Source of the DNA: Octopus sinensis
Lineage: Eukaryota
Direction of reading: 5' to 3'
DNA: 64,000 bases
Assembly (NCBI RefSeq): GCF_006345805.1
Contig: NC_043011.1
Coordinates: 4,216,001-4,280,000, forward strand
Position 1 is the stretch's first letter. The number at the start of each line of letters is the position of its first letter. A model generated the notes under the pieces. It made no database searches. It was not told the origin of the DNA and saw only the letters and a list, made by a program, of their open reading frames with translations. Both the position numbers and the translations under genes were made by a program. Positions 12,500 to 26,955 of the stretch are shown piece after piece.

Positions 12500-13235
12500 T
12501 CAGGTCATCTCATAAGTTCTGTCCGATTTTACCTTTTTTTAAAAAATTGAATGAAATTTAATAGTATTTTAGAATTAGAATTATAGAATTAAAATTTCTT
12601 TGATCAAAACCCTTTCTAACATGGAAGTATCCAAAGAGTATTTGATGCACATAATGCTTTATTAGTACAAAAATGGAAACTCTGCAGCCGAAGTGACTCG
12701 AAACATACACACAGTTTATGGGAAAGAATGCTTGAATGAAAGAACTTGCAGAAGATGGTTCGCAAAATTCAGAAGTGGAGATTTCAGCCTTGAAGATGAA
12801 GATTGAACAGGACATCTATCCGAGTTTGATGATAAGCTCCTTGAGGCATTACTTGAAGAAAATCCTGCATTATCAGCTGAAGAATTGACAATAAAGCTTA
12901 GTTCAAACCATACAACTATTCATTGTCATCTTCAACAACTTGGAGAGGTTCCTGAATTTGGAAAATGGGTGCCTCATGAATTGTCCGAAAGCAACCACAA
13001 ATCCCAAGTTGACATCTACTCTTCTCTCCATTCACGTGAACTCATTTCACCCTTTTCACCCTTTTTGGATAGACTTGTGATGAAAAATAGATCTATCAAA
13101 ATGTTAAATGTCGTAAACAGTGGCTTTGTAAAAGGGCAAAAGCTCAACCACAACCAAGAAGGGAACCTCATGGGAAAAAGTTTCTTCTCTCTATCTGGTG
13201 GGATTGCAAAGGAATAATTCACTTTGAATTGTAAT
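12500..13235 (+). pseudogene. Mariner transposase relic (5' TIR plus N-terminal half)
   Basis: From 12620: MEVSKEYLMHIML..KNGNSAAEVTRNIHTVYGKECLNERTCRRWFAKFRSGDFSLED and the WVPHEL motif, with stops and frameshifts. Confidence 0.85.
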
Positions 13236-13803
13236 TTAAATTATTAACCCCAACCCTGCACCAAGCAAGTGTGTGTGCATAAGAAAATACATATTTAGTA
13301 ACAAAAAAGTATGTTATGAAAATAAATTATCTTTTACATTTTTAAAATCACACTGTCCACCCTACTGAAATTTGTTACACACATCCATACACACACATAT
13401 GCATACACATATGCCCATCCATACACACGCCCATCCATACACACACAAACACACTTATCATGAATGATATACATTTACAGAGAGTGAGAGACAGTATGGT
13501 AAATACATCTATAGAGAAAGAGAAAGTTTTTAACTAGAAAAGAGAAAAATGAAAGAAATCATAAATAGACAAATTGACAGATCTTTTCTGTTGCTGTCAT
13601 ATATTTTGAAATTTTAAAGTTAAGTCAAAATTTTCAAATTTGATAAATTTATGTAGATTTTCACACTGAACTTGATTTTGTGACCATATTTACCCAACCA
13701 GAAAACAGGATTTGGGAGCTAAGCATTTTGTGCATGATAGCTGTGTATCATAAAATGAAAATGAACATTACAGGTTGAAGTCTGAAACAAAATGAAAGTA
13801 ATA

Positions 13804-13966
13804 GGCGCAGGAGTGGCTGTGTGGTAAGTAGCTTGTTTACCAACCATATGGTTCCGGGTTCAGTCCCACTGCATGGCACCTTGGGCAAGTGTCTTCTACT
13901 ATAGCCTCGGGCCGACCAAAGCCTTGTGAGTGGATTTGGTAATTGGAAACTGAAAGAAGCCCGTCG

Positions 13967-13999
<33 letters not shown>

Positions 14000-14209
14000 T
14001 TGTGTGCCTGTGTTTGTCCCCCTAGCATTGCTTGACAACCGATGCTGGTGTGTTTACGTCCCCGTTACTTAGTGGTTCGGCAAAAGAGACCGATAGAATA
14101 AGTACTGGGCTTACAAAAGAATAAGTTCCGGAGTCGCGTTGCTCGACTAAAGGCGGTGCTCCAGCATGGCCGCGGTCAAATGACTGAAACAAGTAAAAGT
14201 AAGTAAAGT
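13804..14209 (+). mobile_element. SINE family A, full length
   Basis: Head ggcgcaggagtggctgtgtggtaag through tail, TSD aaagtaat. Confidence 0.9.
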
Positions 14210-15046
14210 AATGTGTGAGAGGCAAAGATACAAGGAGAAAGTGTGGGAGGCATATACAAAGAGAAAGTGATAAAGAGTGTGGTAAATATATAGAGAGAGG
14301 GGAAAGTGTAAAAGAAAGAGTGTGTGGTGGTGATAGATAGAGACTTGTCAATCTAAAAGTTGAGTTCTATATTTTTTTGATTATTATTTATGGACAACCT
14401 CTTTGGGACACAGATTTCAAAAATTAAATTCATTTTTCTCAAGGAAGCACTGTTTCAGAGCCATCTGGTGCTAAGCACACACATACATAACCACACACAC
14501 TCCCATTTATATAGTAGATATAAAATGCATAAAGATATATATATGTATGTGAATGTGTATATTTTATACAGTCATCCTTACAAACACACACATACATAAT
14601 ACAGATATTTTATCAGAATTTTACATAAAAATGATGGATAGTTTCACACTTTGCTTTGCAACTTTTCATTTCTTTTTGTTTCAAATTTCTTAAAGAAATT
14701 CGGTTATTTCTCACACACTCTCTGACAGCTGTGAATATTATTGCCCCTACCACCATGACAGCTACCACTGTTCTGTATAAGAGATATGATTTCTGCTGAG
14801 CTTTTCAGAAACTTTATCTTCAATGACTAACTATCTAAATAAATAATACATAAATAAATAAACATGATAATTATATCAAAAGAACTATAAACAAGCCAAA
14901 CTTATCAACTGTCATGATGGAAGCAAACTGTTTCCCATTAGACTGATTGTGATAAGAAAATCATCACAAAACTCATATTCGCTATTTATAAGAGTAGTCA
15001 TTGTTTGTGTCAAAAAATACTCTTAATTCTTTATCAATTTTATAAC

Positions 15047-15108
15047 CATTACTCTCCTTTTGTCTCAACCAGCCAGTCATTACTCTCCTTTTGTCTCAAC
15101 CAGCCAGT
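15047..15108. repeat. Perfect 31-bp tandem duplication
   Basis: cattactctccttttgtctcaaccagccagt x2. Confidence 0.9.
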
Positions 15109-15215
15109 TAGTATCATTAAAGAGTTTATCAAAATTATTTTTTCATTGCTGTTGCCAAATCTAGATTAACGATGCAAGCTTTCATTTCCATTCTATTTAC
15201 TGTTTAATATTGATT

Positions 15216-15628
15216 TACTCTCTTTTACTCTTTTACTTGTTTCAGTCATTTGACTGCGGCCATGCTGGAGCACCGCCTTTAATCGAGTAACTCGACCCCG
15301 GGACTTATTCTTTTGTAGGCCCAGTACTTATTCTATCGGTCACTTTTGCCGAACCGCTAAGTAACGGGGACATAATCACACCAGCATCGGTTGTCAAGCA
15401 ATGCTAGGGGGACAAACACAGCCACACAAACACACACACATGCATATATACGTAATATATATACGACGGGCTTCTTTCAGTTTCCGTCTACCAAATCCAC
15501 TCACAAGGCTTTGGCCGGCCCGAGGCTATAGTAGAAGACACTTGCCCAAGGTGCCATGCAGTGGGACTGAACCCGGAACCATGTGGTTGGTAAACAAGCT
15601 ACTTACCACACAGCCACTCCTGTGCCTC
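15216..15628 (-). mobile_element. SINE family A, full length
   Basis: Reverse complement of the 13804 copy. Confidence 0.9.
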
Positions 15629-16018
15629 ACTATTTTTTTTAAGAGTTAACAGGATCAATCCTCAACATAACTGGTGCTTCATTTTATTGAATTTCTTCCT
15701 TTTAAATGAAGGATGTAAGCCAAGAGAGTGACTTGTGAGATATACTTTTTAAAAAATTTTCCTTTGTGCATAATATTTTGTAAACAAGAATATCCTTGGT
15801 TGCTGGTCTTCAATGGACTAATCCCCAGTTCATTGTATTTACAATTTCAAGTGTGAAAATAAAATGTCTATGCTACTTGAGCAGAACAAATACATACCAC
15901 AACATATTTCTGACTGAAAGAAATGGTTTATCAGTATTCTCACCAATGTTTACATCTTTCACATATATACCTTAGAAAGATACACACACACGAACATGCA
16001 TATATATATATATATTAT

Positions 16019-16052
<34 letters not shown>

Positions 16053-16141
16053 CATGCATACGTTTGTGTACATCATCAAATGATGATGATGATAATGATG
16101 ATGTCCGTCCACAAACATATGCGTATGCATAGATATATATA

Positions 16142-16176
<35 letters not shown>

Positions 16177-18109
16177 TGGATGTGTATACTATTTGTGACA
16201 ACACAAAAACTGAGTAATGTCTTGCGTATCCACTTGAAATTTGTCTATGAAATAACTGTTGAGAAAAGACAGTCAGATAGACAGGCAGAGGCTACAAAAT
16301 ACACAGGAGTTAGAAGTAGTTATTTTACCATCTTGAAATTTTGAAGACCCCACTTAAGATGGAATATGATTTGATTTATTTATATATTTCTCTTGACATA
16401 TTATTCAATTTGCTTACTATTTTATTCATAACAACTTTTATCATTTTTATTGGCTACAACAGATAGACAGCTATGAATTTGATGCTATAGTATTTGTGTA
16501 TTTTCACTTTCTATATATTATGATTTATAAATTACTATCTATAACAATACAGAGAAGATCACAAACTATTCATTGGCAGCAAAACACTCTTCTCCCCCCA
16601 ACTCCAATTTCATAAGAACTTTCTGAATTTATATTTTTGGCTAATAAGCTATTCAGAGACACAATGGCAGAGTTTTCATTTATCAGATGACTTGCGTATG
16701 CTATGCTTCTTTTCTCACATTCTTGATTTACTCCTTGTCTTACATGTCACCCTCTTCTTCCATCACTCACCTCCAGGTTTCAATAAAATTTATTGGAATA
16801 GACTCACTTGGCAATTAAACTATGCAGTCAAACCAAAATGATGTTTTCATTCTCGGACTGTCTACATATTCTGTGAACTCAGCTCTTTTCTTTCATTCAT
16901 GCCCTCACCTCTAATGCATGCTCCATTTCTTCTTTCCACTCATCCTTCTTTGCCTTTCATAATACACATCATACTAAACTCTGCAGGGGTACTAGAATAA
17001 CACTCTCAAACCCAGTTGACATGTATCCCACTTCATCTCCATTCCAGGATCACTCTTATCTTCTTCCTATACATTCCTCTGTTATATAACTACATCTGAT
17101 ATCCTGTCTCTTTCTTTGGGCTCCATTGTCTTTCCCATCTTCTCGTTCTTCTCGTCAGTTCCAGCTTATACTTACAGAGATCTGTTATTGCAATAAAGGA
17201 AAACATGGACTCCACAAGCCATAGTCATGAAGAGAAGTAATTCAGAATAAAAACTGAGACTGTGTAGATAATTTATTCCTGACAGAGAACTTCTCCAATG
17301 CTGATGGCATGGTAAAATGCACCCAGTCTATGCTGTAAAGCTACTGATGAAAGCAGAAATATCTAGCTTGTAAAACAAGACCAAACTCATGATAAGCTCT
17401 AATGCAATGAAAATCTTTAATTGTGTATATCAACACTCACTATGTGCACAATCGCCAGGTGGAAAGATATGGCAAGAACCCTGGGCTGTTATCAAGTCAT
17501 TGGCTGTTATCAAGCCTTTCAAGTGTAGGAAACTCATCTCAAGTATCATTCTTTTCACCACAGGTTATCTTCATATGGAGCAAAATATTTCAGGGTTGCA
17601 GTTATCAACACTGGTATAATGAAAGATTAATCTTGTGAGATTATAGAGGTGCTAGAACACCAGCAAGTAGGTGTGTGCAGTGTGAAAGCCTCAGCTAATC
17701 CTCTTGCGAGCAACTCAAAATCTAAGTAACAACACTGATTTAGATGAAGTAGGCATACCAGTGACTGAAATAGATAAATAACCTAAATGAAATAACCAGA
17801 GTAATTAAACTACCTGAAGGTTAATCAAGAGTAACTGCTACCTCTACTTATGCAGTACCGTTGAGATTGACCATTAAGTGAAAAGGACTGCTTCAATAGG
17901 TGTTCTTATAAATTTCTTTGATAACAAATAACAGCAACATCATTATCCTTAGAAGGATGAAAGGCAAAGTTGACTTTGGCAAGATTTAAAACCAAAATGT
18001 AAAGAGTCAGAATAAATATTTCAAGACTTTTTATCTGACACTCTCAGGGTTCTTCCTCCCTACCACCTCATTAGAGCAGTGTAATCACCAACTACTACGT
18101 TGGCAAAGG

Positions 18110-19160
18110 AAATGCTCTAGAAAGAAACTACTACAAAGGTATCAAGCTGATGGACCAAGCAATGGAAGTCTTAGCACAATTGATGAAGAAGAGAATCTGC
18201 TTACACGAGATATAATTTGGATTTGGATTTGGCCAGAGTGCTACAATATTTTCTTCCTGGTGAGACAAGGGTGGAGAAGTTTTAGTTTTAGCTAAGAGTA
18301 AGGTGATTTACTGAGCTTTTGCTGATCTATAGAAGGCCTTTGAGAGAGTATCTTGATCTATAGACCAGTAGTCATAAAGAGAATTAGGAAAATGGCTTGT
18401 GAGAGAACAGTGTGAGTCATGTACAGAGATACTGTTAGCATTAAATTCAGTGAGGATTTAGTACATTAGTAGGTATCTACCAAAGCTTGGTTTTTAGTCC
18501 TTGCTATTTATTATAGTTCTCCAAGCTATAAAAAGAAGCATTTAAGACCAGCTCACTGTGAGATTTACAGAGAAATGTTTAGATGTGGAAACTAAACTTA
18601 GAATTAAGATGCCTTGGTGTAAACCTGACAATGAATTAAGTTTTAGTATCTTGGAAAGAAGGAATGCTTCTGTGGCCATCAGGTATATGGCCATGCTCGT
18701 TATGCAGAAAAGAGTATATCTCAGTATGGTGTGCTCATTGTGATTTCTGGATATGTAGGTAGTGTATTAGCATAAAGGGGAAGCTGCTGAAAATAAAGAC
18801 TTTGTATGGGGAAGATTACAGAGGAAACCTTCAGAACGCCAGCAAAGTAAATTCCTTGCAATGATCAGAAAGCTTTGTAGAAGTAGTTAATAGCATCTGT
18901 TCCCTAGGGCTTTCTGAAAACACAATAGCCAGAATAAGAATAGGGTAGACAAAGTTCTGGTAACTATTATCTCTAATGATAGAAACAGATTTTCTCTTTC
19001 GGTGAAGAGCAGTCTGAATCTTACAGTTAGTCTGTGATTTTGTCATGGACAGGAACAAAGAACGAATGTGTAATTTTTTATTAAACTCGAGAAGTCTGCT
19101 ACAGAGAGATTGAGCATTCTTCAGCAATGGGGTTGTACACAATGTTTTGAGTGTCATGGG
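18110..19160 (+). pseudogene. Highly decayed RTE-clade LINE reverse transcriptase
   Basis: YYKGIKLMDQAMEVL (cf. YRGIKL..H.MK), IFFLVRQ and DL*KAFERV (cf. DLEKAFDRV) motifs in order, with many disruptions. Confidence 0.65.
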
Positions 19161-19189
19161 TGCTTCAAAAGCAGAACATTCTTCGAAGA

Positions 19190-19965
19190 CGATGAGTGAT
19201 CTAGAAGACTTGCCATGAGAATCACTCCCAGAAATGTGGTATTGTGCATTGAGAATTCATCCCTCAGGGCCAGACCACCAATCAAGTGTTCTACTGTGAT
19301 GTTTTGAAGGATTTGAGGGAAGACATTTGGCAAAAGCGACTGGATCTGTGGATCATGAAGAATTGGATTCTTCACTGAGATTTCCTAACTTGTGAGTTTC
19401 TCACCAAACACAGCATAGTATCATTTCCACCCCCACCCCCCTGTTCACCAGATTTGGTATATGCAGACTTCTATCTCTTCCGCAAGGGCAAAATGCTGCT
19501 CAAAGGCTGTCAGTTGTCACAATCCAGTGTGAATCGCAAAGGTTTCCTCGACTCACTTATGGAAAATGACTTCCAGGCTGGATCCCAAAAGTGGTTGGAA
19601 TGCTGGGACCAGTGTACTGCTGCACAAGGTGACTATTTCAAAGGAGATGATGTTAAAACCTTGGTAAATAAGTTACTTTTTATTAAATATAACAAGTCTG
19701 GGAACCATTTGATACCTATTTCTTTACTACCCACAAGGGGCTAAACATAGAGGGGACAAACAAGGACAGACAAAGGGATTAAGTCGATTATATCGACCCC
19801 AGTGCATAACTGGTACTTACTTAATCGACCCCGAAAGGATGAAAGGCAAAGTCGACCTTGGCGGAATTTGAACTAAGAACGTAGCGATAGACGAAATACG
19901 GCTACGCATTTCGCCCGGCGTGCTAACGTTTCCGCCAGCTCACCGCCTTTTTGATACCATCTTAT
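19190..19965 (+). pseudogene. Mariner transposase 3' relic, interrupted by a SINE near its TIR
   Basis: GIVH*EFIPQGQTTNQVFYCDVL, PPCSPDLVYADFYLF (YSPDL motif) and W..CWDQCTAAQGDYF. Confidence 0.8.
19715..19947 (-). mobile_element. SINE family B
   Basis: Full length, TSD tttgatacc. Confidence 0.9.
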
Positions 19966-20046
19966 ATTCCATATAATTTGAATGAAGTTTATTTCCTGCC
20001 TTGTATCATTTACTTAACTCTTCTTTCCTTCTTTCTGCAAACAAAA

Positions 20047-20070
20047 TTATTATTATTATTATTATTATTA

Positions 20071-20107
<37 letters not shown>

Positions 20108-20242
20108 CATCATCATCATCATCATTATTATTATTATTCCTCTTCCTCCTCTTATTCTTCCTCCTCTTATTCTTCTTCATCTTCTTCTTCATCTTCCTCT
20201 TCTTCTTCTTCCTCTTCTTCTTCTTCTTCATCATCCTCTTCT

Positions 20243-20277
<35 letters not shown>

Positions 20278-20293
20278 TTCTTCTTCATCATCC

Positions 20294-20325
<32 letters not shown>

Positions 20326-20338
20326 TTCTTCTTCATCA

Positions 20339-20369
<31 letters not shown>

Positions 20370-20547
20370 TCTTCTTCTTCTTCTTCTTCTTCCTCTTTCT
20401 TCTTCTTCTTCATCATCCTCTTCTTCTTCTTCTTCCTCTTCTTCTTCTTCTTCTTCATCATCCTCTTCTTCTTCTCCTCCTCCTCCTTCCTCTTCTTTGT
20501 CTTCCTCTTCTTCGTCTCCTCCTCCTTCTCCTCCTTCTTTTTCTTTT
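20047..20547. repeat. Compound trinucleotide microsatellite (ATT)n-(CAT)n-(CTT/CCT)n
   Basis: About 500 bp. The CTT part carries a recurring catcatcct interruption (higher-order structure). Confidence 0.95.
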
Positions 20548-21062
20548 GAGATAATTTATGTCCTATGTTAAGCATAAGATGAAAATTAAAATTGAATATT
20601 CTAAACTGTGTGTATTTAAAGGGTTCCTTCTATCATTTGCAAATGTGTTTTGATATTTCTATCTTATCAGTGCAGTTTCTTGAAAATAATTTTAAAAAAC
20701 ACTGCTAATAAAAATGATAATGGCAAGATTAATATTAAAATCTATGCAACATCCCAAATTTACTGTAGCCTTCTGCTAGTGTTAGTAAAATTGATGTGAA
20801 ATTGATTGCCTGAAAGAGAAATAGGGAAACAGTGATAAAATTATCATACAATTTAATTTGTAAAGAAAAATTAAGGGAAAACTACATTTAAGTTTTATTT
20901 CTTGGAAATATGTTTGCAAATTTCATATTTCAATGTGATGTCTACATCCCAATCGCCCTTTTGTTAGAGTAGTGTTTGCCAGTAGTGTCTGTTTGACATG
21001 AGGTTCCAAGATTAGAATGATACAAGTAATTTATTTGTTTACTCAGTTCCAGCTAATACTCA

Positions 21063-21096
<34 letters not shown>

Positions 21097-21418
21097 TCTT
21101 TTCTATGCTGGCCTGGGTTGGATGGTTTGACCAGAGCTGGTAAGGCCAGGGGCTGCACCAGGCGCCATTATCTGTTCTGGCATGGCTTCTATGGCTGGAT
21201 GCTCTTCTTAATGCTAACCATTCCATTGAGTGTACCAGGTGCTTTTAACAACGCACCAGCACTGGTATCGATTCTGCTGTGATGGACGGGTCTTCTTAAG
21301 CACAGCAATACATCAGATATCTCGGTCCTTAGTCATCTTCTTGATAAGGCTCAAATGTCTTGAGATTGGCCTTCAATACTTCATCCCAAACATCATGTAG
21401 AAATTTAACATCCAATAA

Positions 21419-21652
21419 GGCGGCGAGCTGGCAGAAGCGTTAGCGCGCCGGACAAAATGCTTTGCAGTATTTCGTCTGCCGTTACATTGTAAGTTCAAAT
21501 TCTGCCGATGTTGACTTTGCCTTTCATCCTTTCGGGGTTGATAAATTAAGTACCAGTTACGCACTGGGGTCGATGTAATTGACTTAATCAGTTTGTCTGT
21601 CTTTGTTTCTCTTCTCTATGTTTAGCCCCTTTGTGGGCAGTAAAGAAATAAG
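21419..21652 (+). mobile_element. SINE family B
   Basis: Full length, with the flanking repeat agaaatttaacat. Confidence 0.9.
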
Positions 21653-21994
21653 AAATTTAACATTCCATGAATTATTTTGCAAATCAATTCCAATCTTACT
21701 TCTCAAGTGAATCAAGGAAGTTTTAGGAATCACTATCAGTTCATATTTATCTGCTGCTACCTTAGAATATCCTTATTCTCATACACCTGGAAATATTGAC
21801 TCCTACCTCCTCCTGCTGAAAATTTAAATGTACAATTTAAAAGCTCTAATGCATACTAGTTCATGTTATGTGTGTAGATAAACTTGGTGTGACCCAAGTA
21901 AATTTTGATGTTTTTCATTTTTTTCACAACGGGACTAGTGTTCTCTGGCAGTTGTAGGTATTGTATTTATGAAGTGGTTCTAATAATAATTCTA

Positions 21995-22340
21995 TCTTTA
22001 TATATAAAAGTGATGTTGTGTGCTGTCTGTCTCCTACGATTTAGATTCCTAACTACTCCCACATTTTGCGGTGCAGTTTAACCAAAACCGGGTATCTTAT
22101 AGTCGTGATTCATATCGAGCCCTTCTGGGTATTAGCGCGCATCTACGATGAGTCTACGATTTAAAAAAAAATTTACCATCAATTTTTCCCATTTTTAATG
22201 CATTTTTGGCATATATAAGGGAAGTAACTCTCTAAAAATTTATTATTAAATCTCAGAACGTAAAAAGCTACAGTAACCCCCCCCCCTTTGTGGTTAGCCA
22301 TATTGCGATGGCTATTATACTTTACATCTCTAAAAATGCA
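21995..22340 (+). mobile_element. Non-autonomous Helitron, same family as 10595 (3' end unclear)
   Basis: The first ~240 bp are nearly identical to the 10595 copy (tctttatatataaaag...ctcctacgatttagattcctaactactccc). Confidence 0.8.
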
Positions 22341-23327
22341 TTGAGCACTTAACGTTGCATTTCCTAGTAGGTTTGTAATCTATATTGATTTGAGATCTGT
22401 ATATAAGCATATTTCAAAGTGGATATTAACATAGTTTATGTAGTAACTCAAGAAATTCCATTCTTTTATACCTTTCAACCCTTAGGCTGTGGCCATGCTG
22501 GGGCACTGCCAGTGGAATTAATTAAATTTAATTAAAGCTATTCACTTAATGATGAAAATAATCATAATCTAAATTACTAATTCTGGTCAAAAAGGTAGGG
22601 GAGACAACTCTAGAATGTAAATTAATCAAAGTTAGATGTAAAATACAGTAGGTTGTGAATGTGTAAGGTGTTTGTAAGGATTGCCAATTACAGTTTTACA
22701 CATGAGTTATATTATGTATTTGCGCTTAACATTTACTTCTAGAAAAGCACTATACACTTTGCTATTAAGAATAAGTGTATATGAGAAATGGCAATGTTGA
22801 TGCCCCTCTCTTCAGATTCTCAATACACTTCTCACTTGTACAATAATGTGACTACCTTATATTGAAGATAAGCTTCTGGCAAACTGATCCTACCAGACAG
22901 TTTCAATCCTTCATCTCTCCCACTTTACTTCTCAGGTACAGTTTTTAATAATTGTGAACTGTATAAACAGAAATGAAGTTTCTACCTGTCAGACTTATAT
23001 ATGATGCTTTGGATATAACTATAATACAACATTCAGTTATGACTCAATAGGTCATGGCATGTCTTCAATTTCATATATATCTGTATTCCATTTTAGCTGT
23101 AAGATTCAGACCTGCTTCATCTCTTTATCATTATGTTGTAGAGTTTATATACAAATCGACCAGTGCCTTATCCAGAGGGAGATTCAACGTCTCATCTGCT
23201 TAATGTCCTGAAACCAGAGCTACATGTCAGTCTTTCTAAAACCCATCAAGTGGCATTTTAATATCTGCTGTAGAAACATGTCCATCACTTGAGCTGTAAA
23301 ACTGTGTTGCCAAGAGAATTATTCTAA

Positions 23328-23738
23328 TACTCTTTACTCTTTACTCTTTTACGTGTTTCAGTCATTTGACTGCGGCCATGCTGGAGCACCGCCTTTAGTC
23401 GAGCAAATCGACCCCAGGACTTATTCTTTTGTAAGCCCAGTACTTATTCTATCGGTCTCCTTTTGCCGAACCGCTAAGTGACGGGGACGTAAACACACCA
23501 GCAATGCTAGGGGGACAAACACAGACACACAAACATATACACACACACTTATATATATATATATATACATATATACAACAGGCTTCTTTCAGTTTCCGTC
23601 TACCACATCCACTCACAAGGCATTGGTCGGCCCGGGGCTATAGCTGAAGACACTTGCCCAAGATGCCACACAGTGGACTGAACCTGGAACCATGTGGTTG
23701 GTTAGCAAGCTACTTACCACACAGCCACTCCTGTGCCT
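23328..23738 (-). mobile_element. SINE family A (small internal deletion)
   Basis: Family match. It lacks tcggttgtcaagca between the repeated agca. Confidence 0.9.
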
Positions 23739-24064
23739 AGTGTATAATTTTGATGATAAGAATATAACCTGATGTAAAACTGGGTGGATGTAGCAGTTGT
23801 AGTTGTGGTAGGGGTTCAGGCTGTTCGTGTGGAGAGTGGTGGTGGTGGTAGTATACAAATGCATAATTTGATCTTGAATATTGCTGCTAAAAGTGCTTCA
23901 GAGTAAAAGTTAACAGTTATTGAGTAACCTCTTGGCCTCTGCGAGATGTTGCTTCATTTGACTTGATTGTCTTGTAATTAATCAAATATCTACAATAAAA
24001 ACTTTTGCATATACACACACACACACACACATTTAAAATTTATAAATCTGTACCTGTGTAGCTT

Positions 24065-24780
<716 letters not shown>

Positions 24781-25452
24781 ATAAAATTTTTTGTGTGGCG
24801 GGGTAGGGAGAGAGTGTGTTGTGGGAGATTTATGTGGCAGTGTGCATGCATGTGTGTGTGTGTGTGGGGGGGGGGGCAGTGTGTCATTCAGGGCATTGTA
24901 AAATTGTATTTTGTCAATATTGACCTCCAAAATATATTTCACTTGATTATATTCTAGTCAATAAACTAAGAAGTGCCAGAATTTAAAGTTACAATCACCC
25001 ACCTCCGTTTCTCTTTACTCTCCCACCCCCTTATGCTTTCTATTTCTCCTTCGCTTTCTCTCTCTCTCTCTCTCCCTCTCTCTCATTCTCTGATTTTTCC
25101 TTTCTTTCTTGCGACTAAAGTTTCATCGAGCCAATGAGAAACAAGTTTCCTTCATGCTGTATTCTGGTTTCATATTTCTGACTTTTGACTATGATTAATT
25201 ACTTAATCTTTGCCATTGTTTTTGCCTCAGTATTAGAAGAGATCTTTACTAACAAAATTCAGTTTTAATTTATGATTCAGCTTCACTAAGAGTTACAGCT
25301 GGATGGCCTGTTGTATATGCTGTTTTGGGCTCTCAGTTCATGAATTTTTGTTTCAAGTTTACTGAAAGCTATTTTTGTTGTTGCTTTGTTGCTCAGTTCA
25401 GCTTTGATGGAATAAACTCGAGTTATTATATCAGTAAATGTGAGATATGGAA

Positions 25453-25836
25453 TGGAAGCACTCCGTCGGTTACGACGATGAGGGTTCCGGTTGATCCGAA
25501 TCAACAGAACAGCCTGCTCATGAAATTAACGTGTAAGTGGCTGAGCACTCCACAGACACGTGTACCCTTAACGTAGTTCTCGGGTATATTCAGCGTGACA
25601 CAGAGAGTGACAAGACCGGCCCTTTGAAATACAGGTACAACAGAAACAGGAAGTAAGAGTGAGAGAAAGTTGTGGTGAAAGAGTACAGCAGGGATCACCA
25701 CCATCCCCTGCCGGAGACTCGTGGAGCTTTAGGTGTTTTTGCTCAATAAACACTTACAACGCCCGGTCTGGGAATTTAAACCGCGATCCTATGACCGCGA
25801 GTCCGCTGCCCTAACCACTGGGCCATTGCGCCTCCA
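25453..25836 (-). mobile_element. SINE family C (tRNA-Arg-like head)
   Basis: Head ggaggcgcaatggcccagtggttagggcagcggactcgcgg with A and B boxes. Matches the 38998 copy. Confidence 0.9.
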
Positions 25837-25993
25837 TAAATGTGGAATAGATGTCAACAAGAAATAGCTCAGAGGGAAGGAATTGGTAACAGGCAGCACA
25901 GAAAGGATGAGGATGAGGGATGGGAAAATGAAGGCGTGGACTGTGTTAGATGAAAGTTTGACAAGGACGGTTGTTTTGAAGAGCTCTGTTATA

Positions 25994-26245
25994 TGTATTT
26001 CTTTATTGCCCACAAGGGGCTAAACATAGAGGGGACAAACATGGACAGACAAAGGGATTAAGTCGATTACATCGACCCCCCCCCCCGCCACCACCACCAG
26101 TGCGAAACTGGTACTTTATTTATCGACCCCGAAAGGATGAAAGGTAAAGTCGACCGCGGCAGAATTTGAACTCAAAACGTAACGACAGATGGAATACCGC
26201 TAAGCATTTCACCTGGCGCGCTAACGAGTCTGCCAACACGCCACC
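25994..26245 (-). mobile_element. SINE family B
   Basis: Full length, TSD gctctgttatatg. Confidence 0.9.
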
Positions 26246-26774
26246 TTCAAGCTCTGTTATATGCTTACATGTTATGATTCCAAAAATTCAATCCTGCTGT
26301 TTTAGTAGGGATAGGTGAATTTTTTTCATGCTCTGGAATCAACTGGTTATTTTGTTATTTGTTATTTCCTCCATATGGCCTAACAGCTTGATATCAGCCT
26401 CCATTATATCTGAGGGCTTGGCTCAAATGTTCACAGACCAACCAAAATACTCTCATGGAATGCAAAATGAAATGAGGTTTATTTTTCAACGTAGTCCACT
26501 TTGTGGTGTACACACTTCTTCCGTTGGTGTTGCAGTGCTTGGATCCTGTTGAAAACGTCATGCAAAGCAGCTATGTTGTCAGGATCACAGTGACACTGGC
26601 ACCTAGTATGCTGCGGAACAGATAACCGGTATGAAATCAGGTGAAAAGGGAGGGCGACCAACCTGCTTATGATTCAACTGCACATCCTGTGCATCTGTAG
26701 TCTGCACTGGTTTCACTGTATGGAATTTCTCTCCATTCGTAACTGGAAGGATACAAGCACACACAAAATCTTGC

Positions 26775-26955
26775 ACACACACACACACACATACATGCAT
26801 AACATGCACATGCACACACATGCATATGCTCACACACACACATATGCATAACACACATGCATATACTCACACACACACATATGCATAACACACATGCATA
26901 TACTCACACACACATATGCATAACACACATGCATATGCTCACACATACACATATT
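26775..26955. repeat. CA-rich minisatellite (~35-bp unit cacacacatatgcataacacacatgcatat(a/g)ctca)
   Basis: 3-4 recurring units are visible. Confidence 0.8.

Noticed and set aside
20001-20575. Poly-L/I/F and poly-K/E ORFs
   Set aside because: These are translations of trinucleotide repeats.
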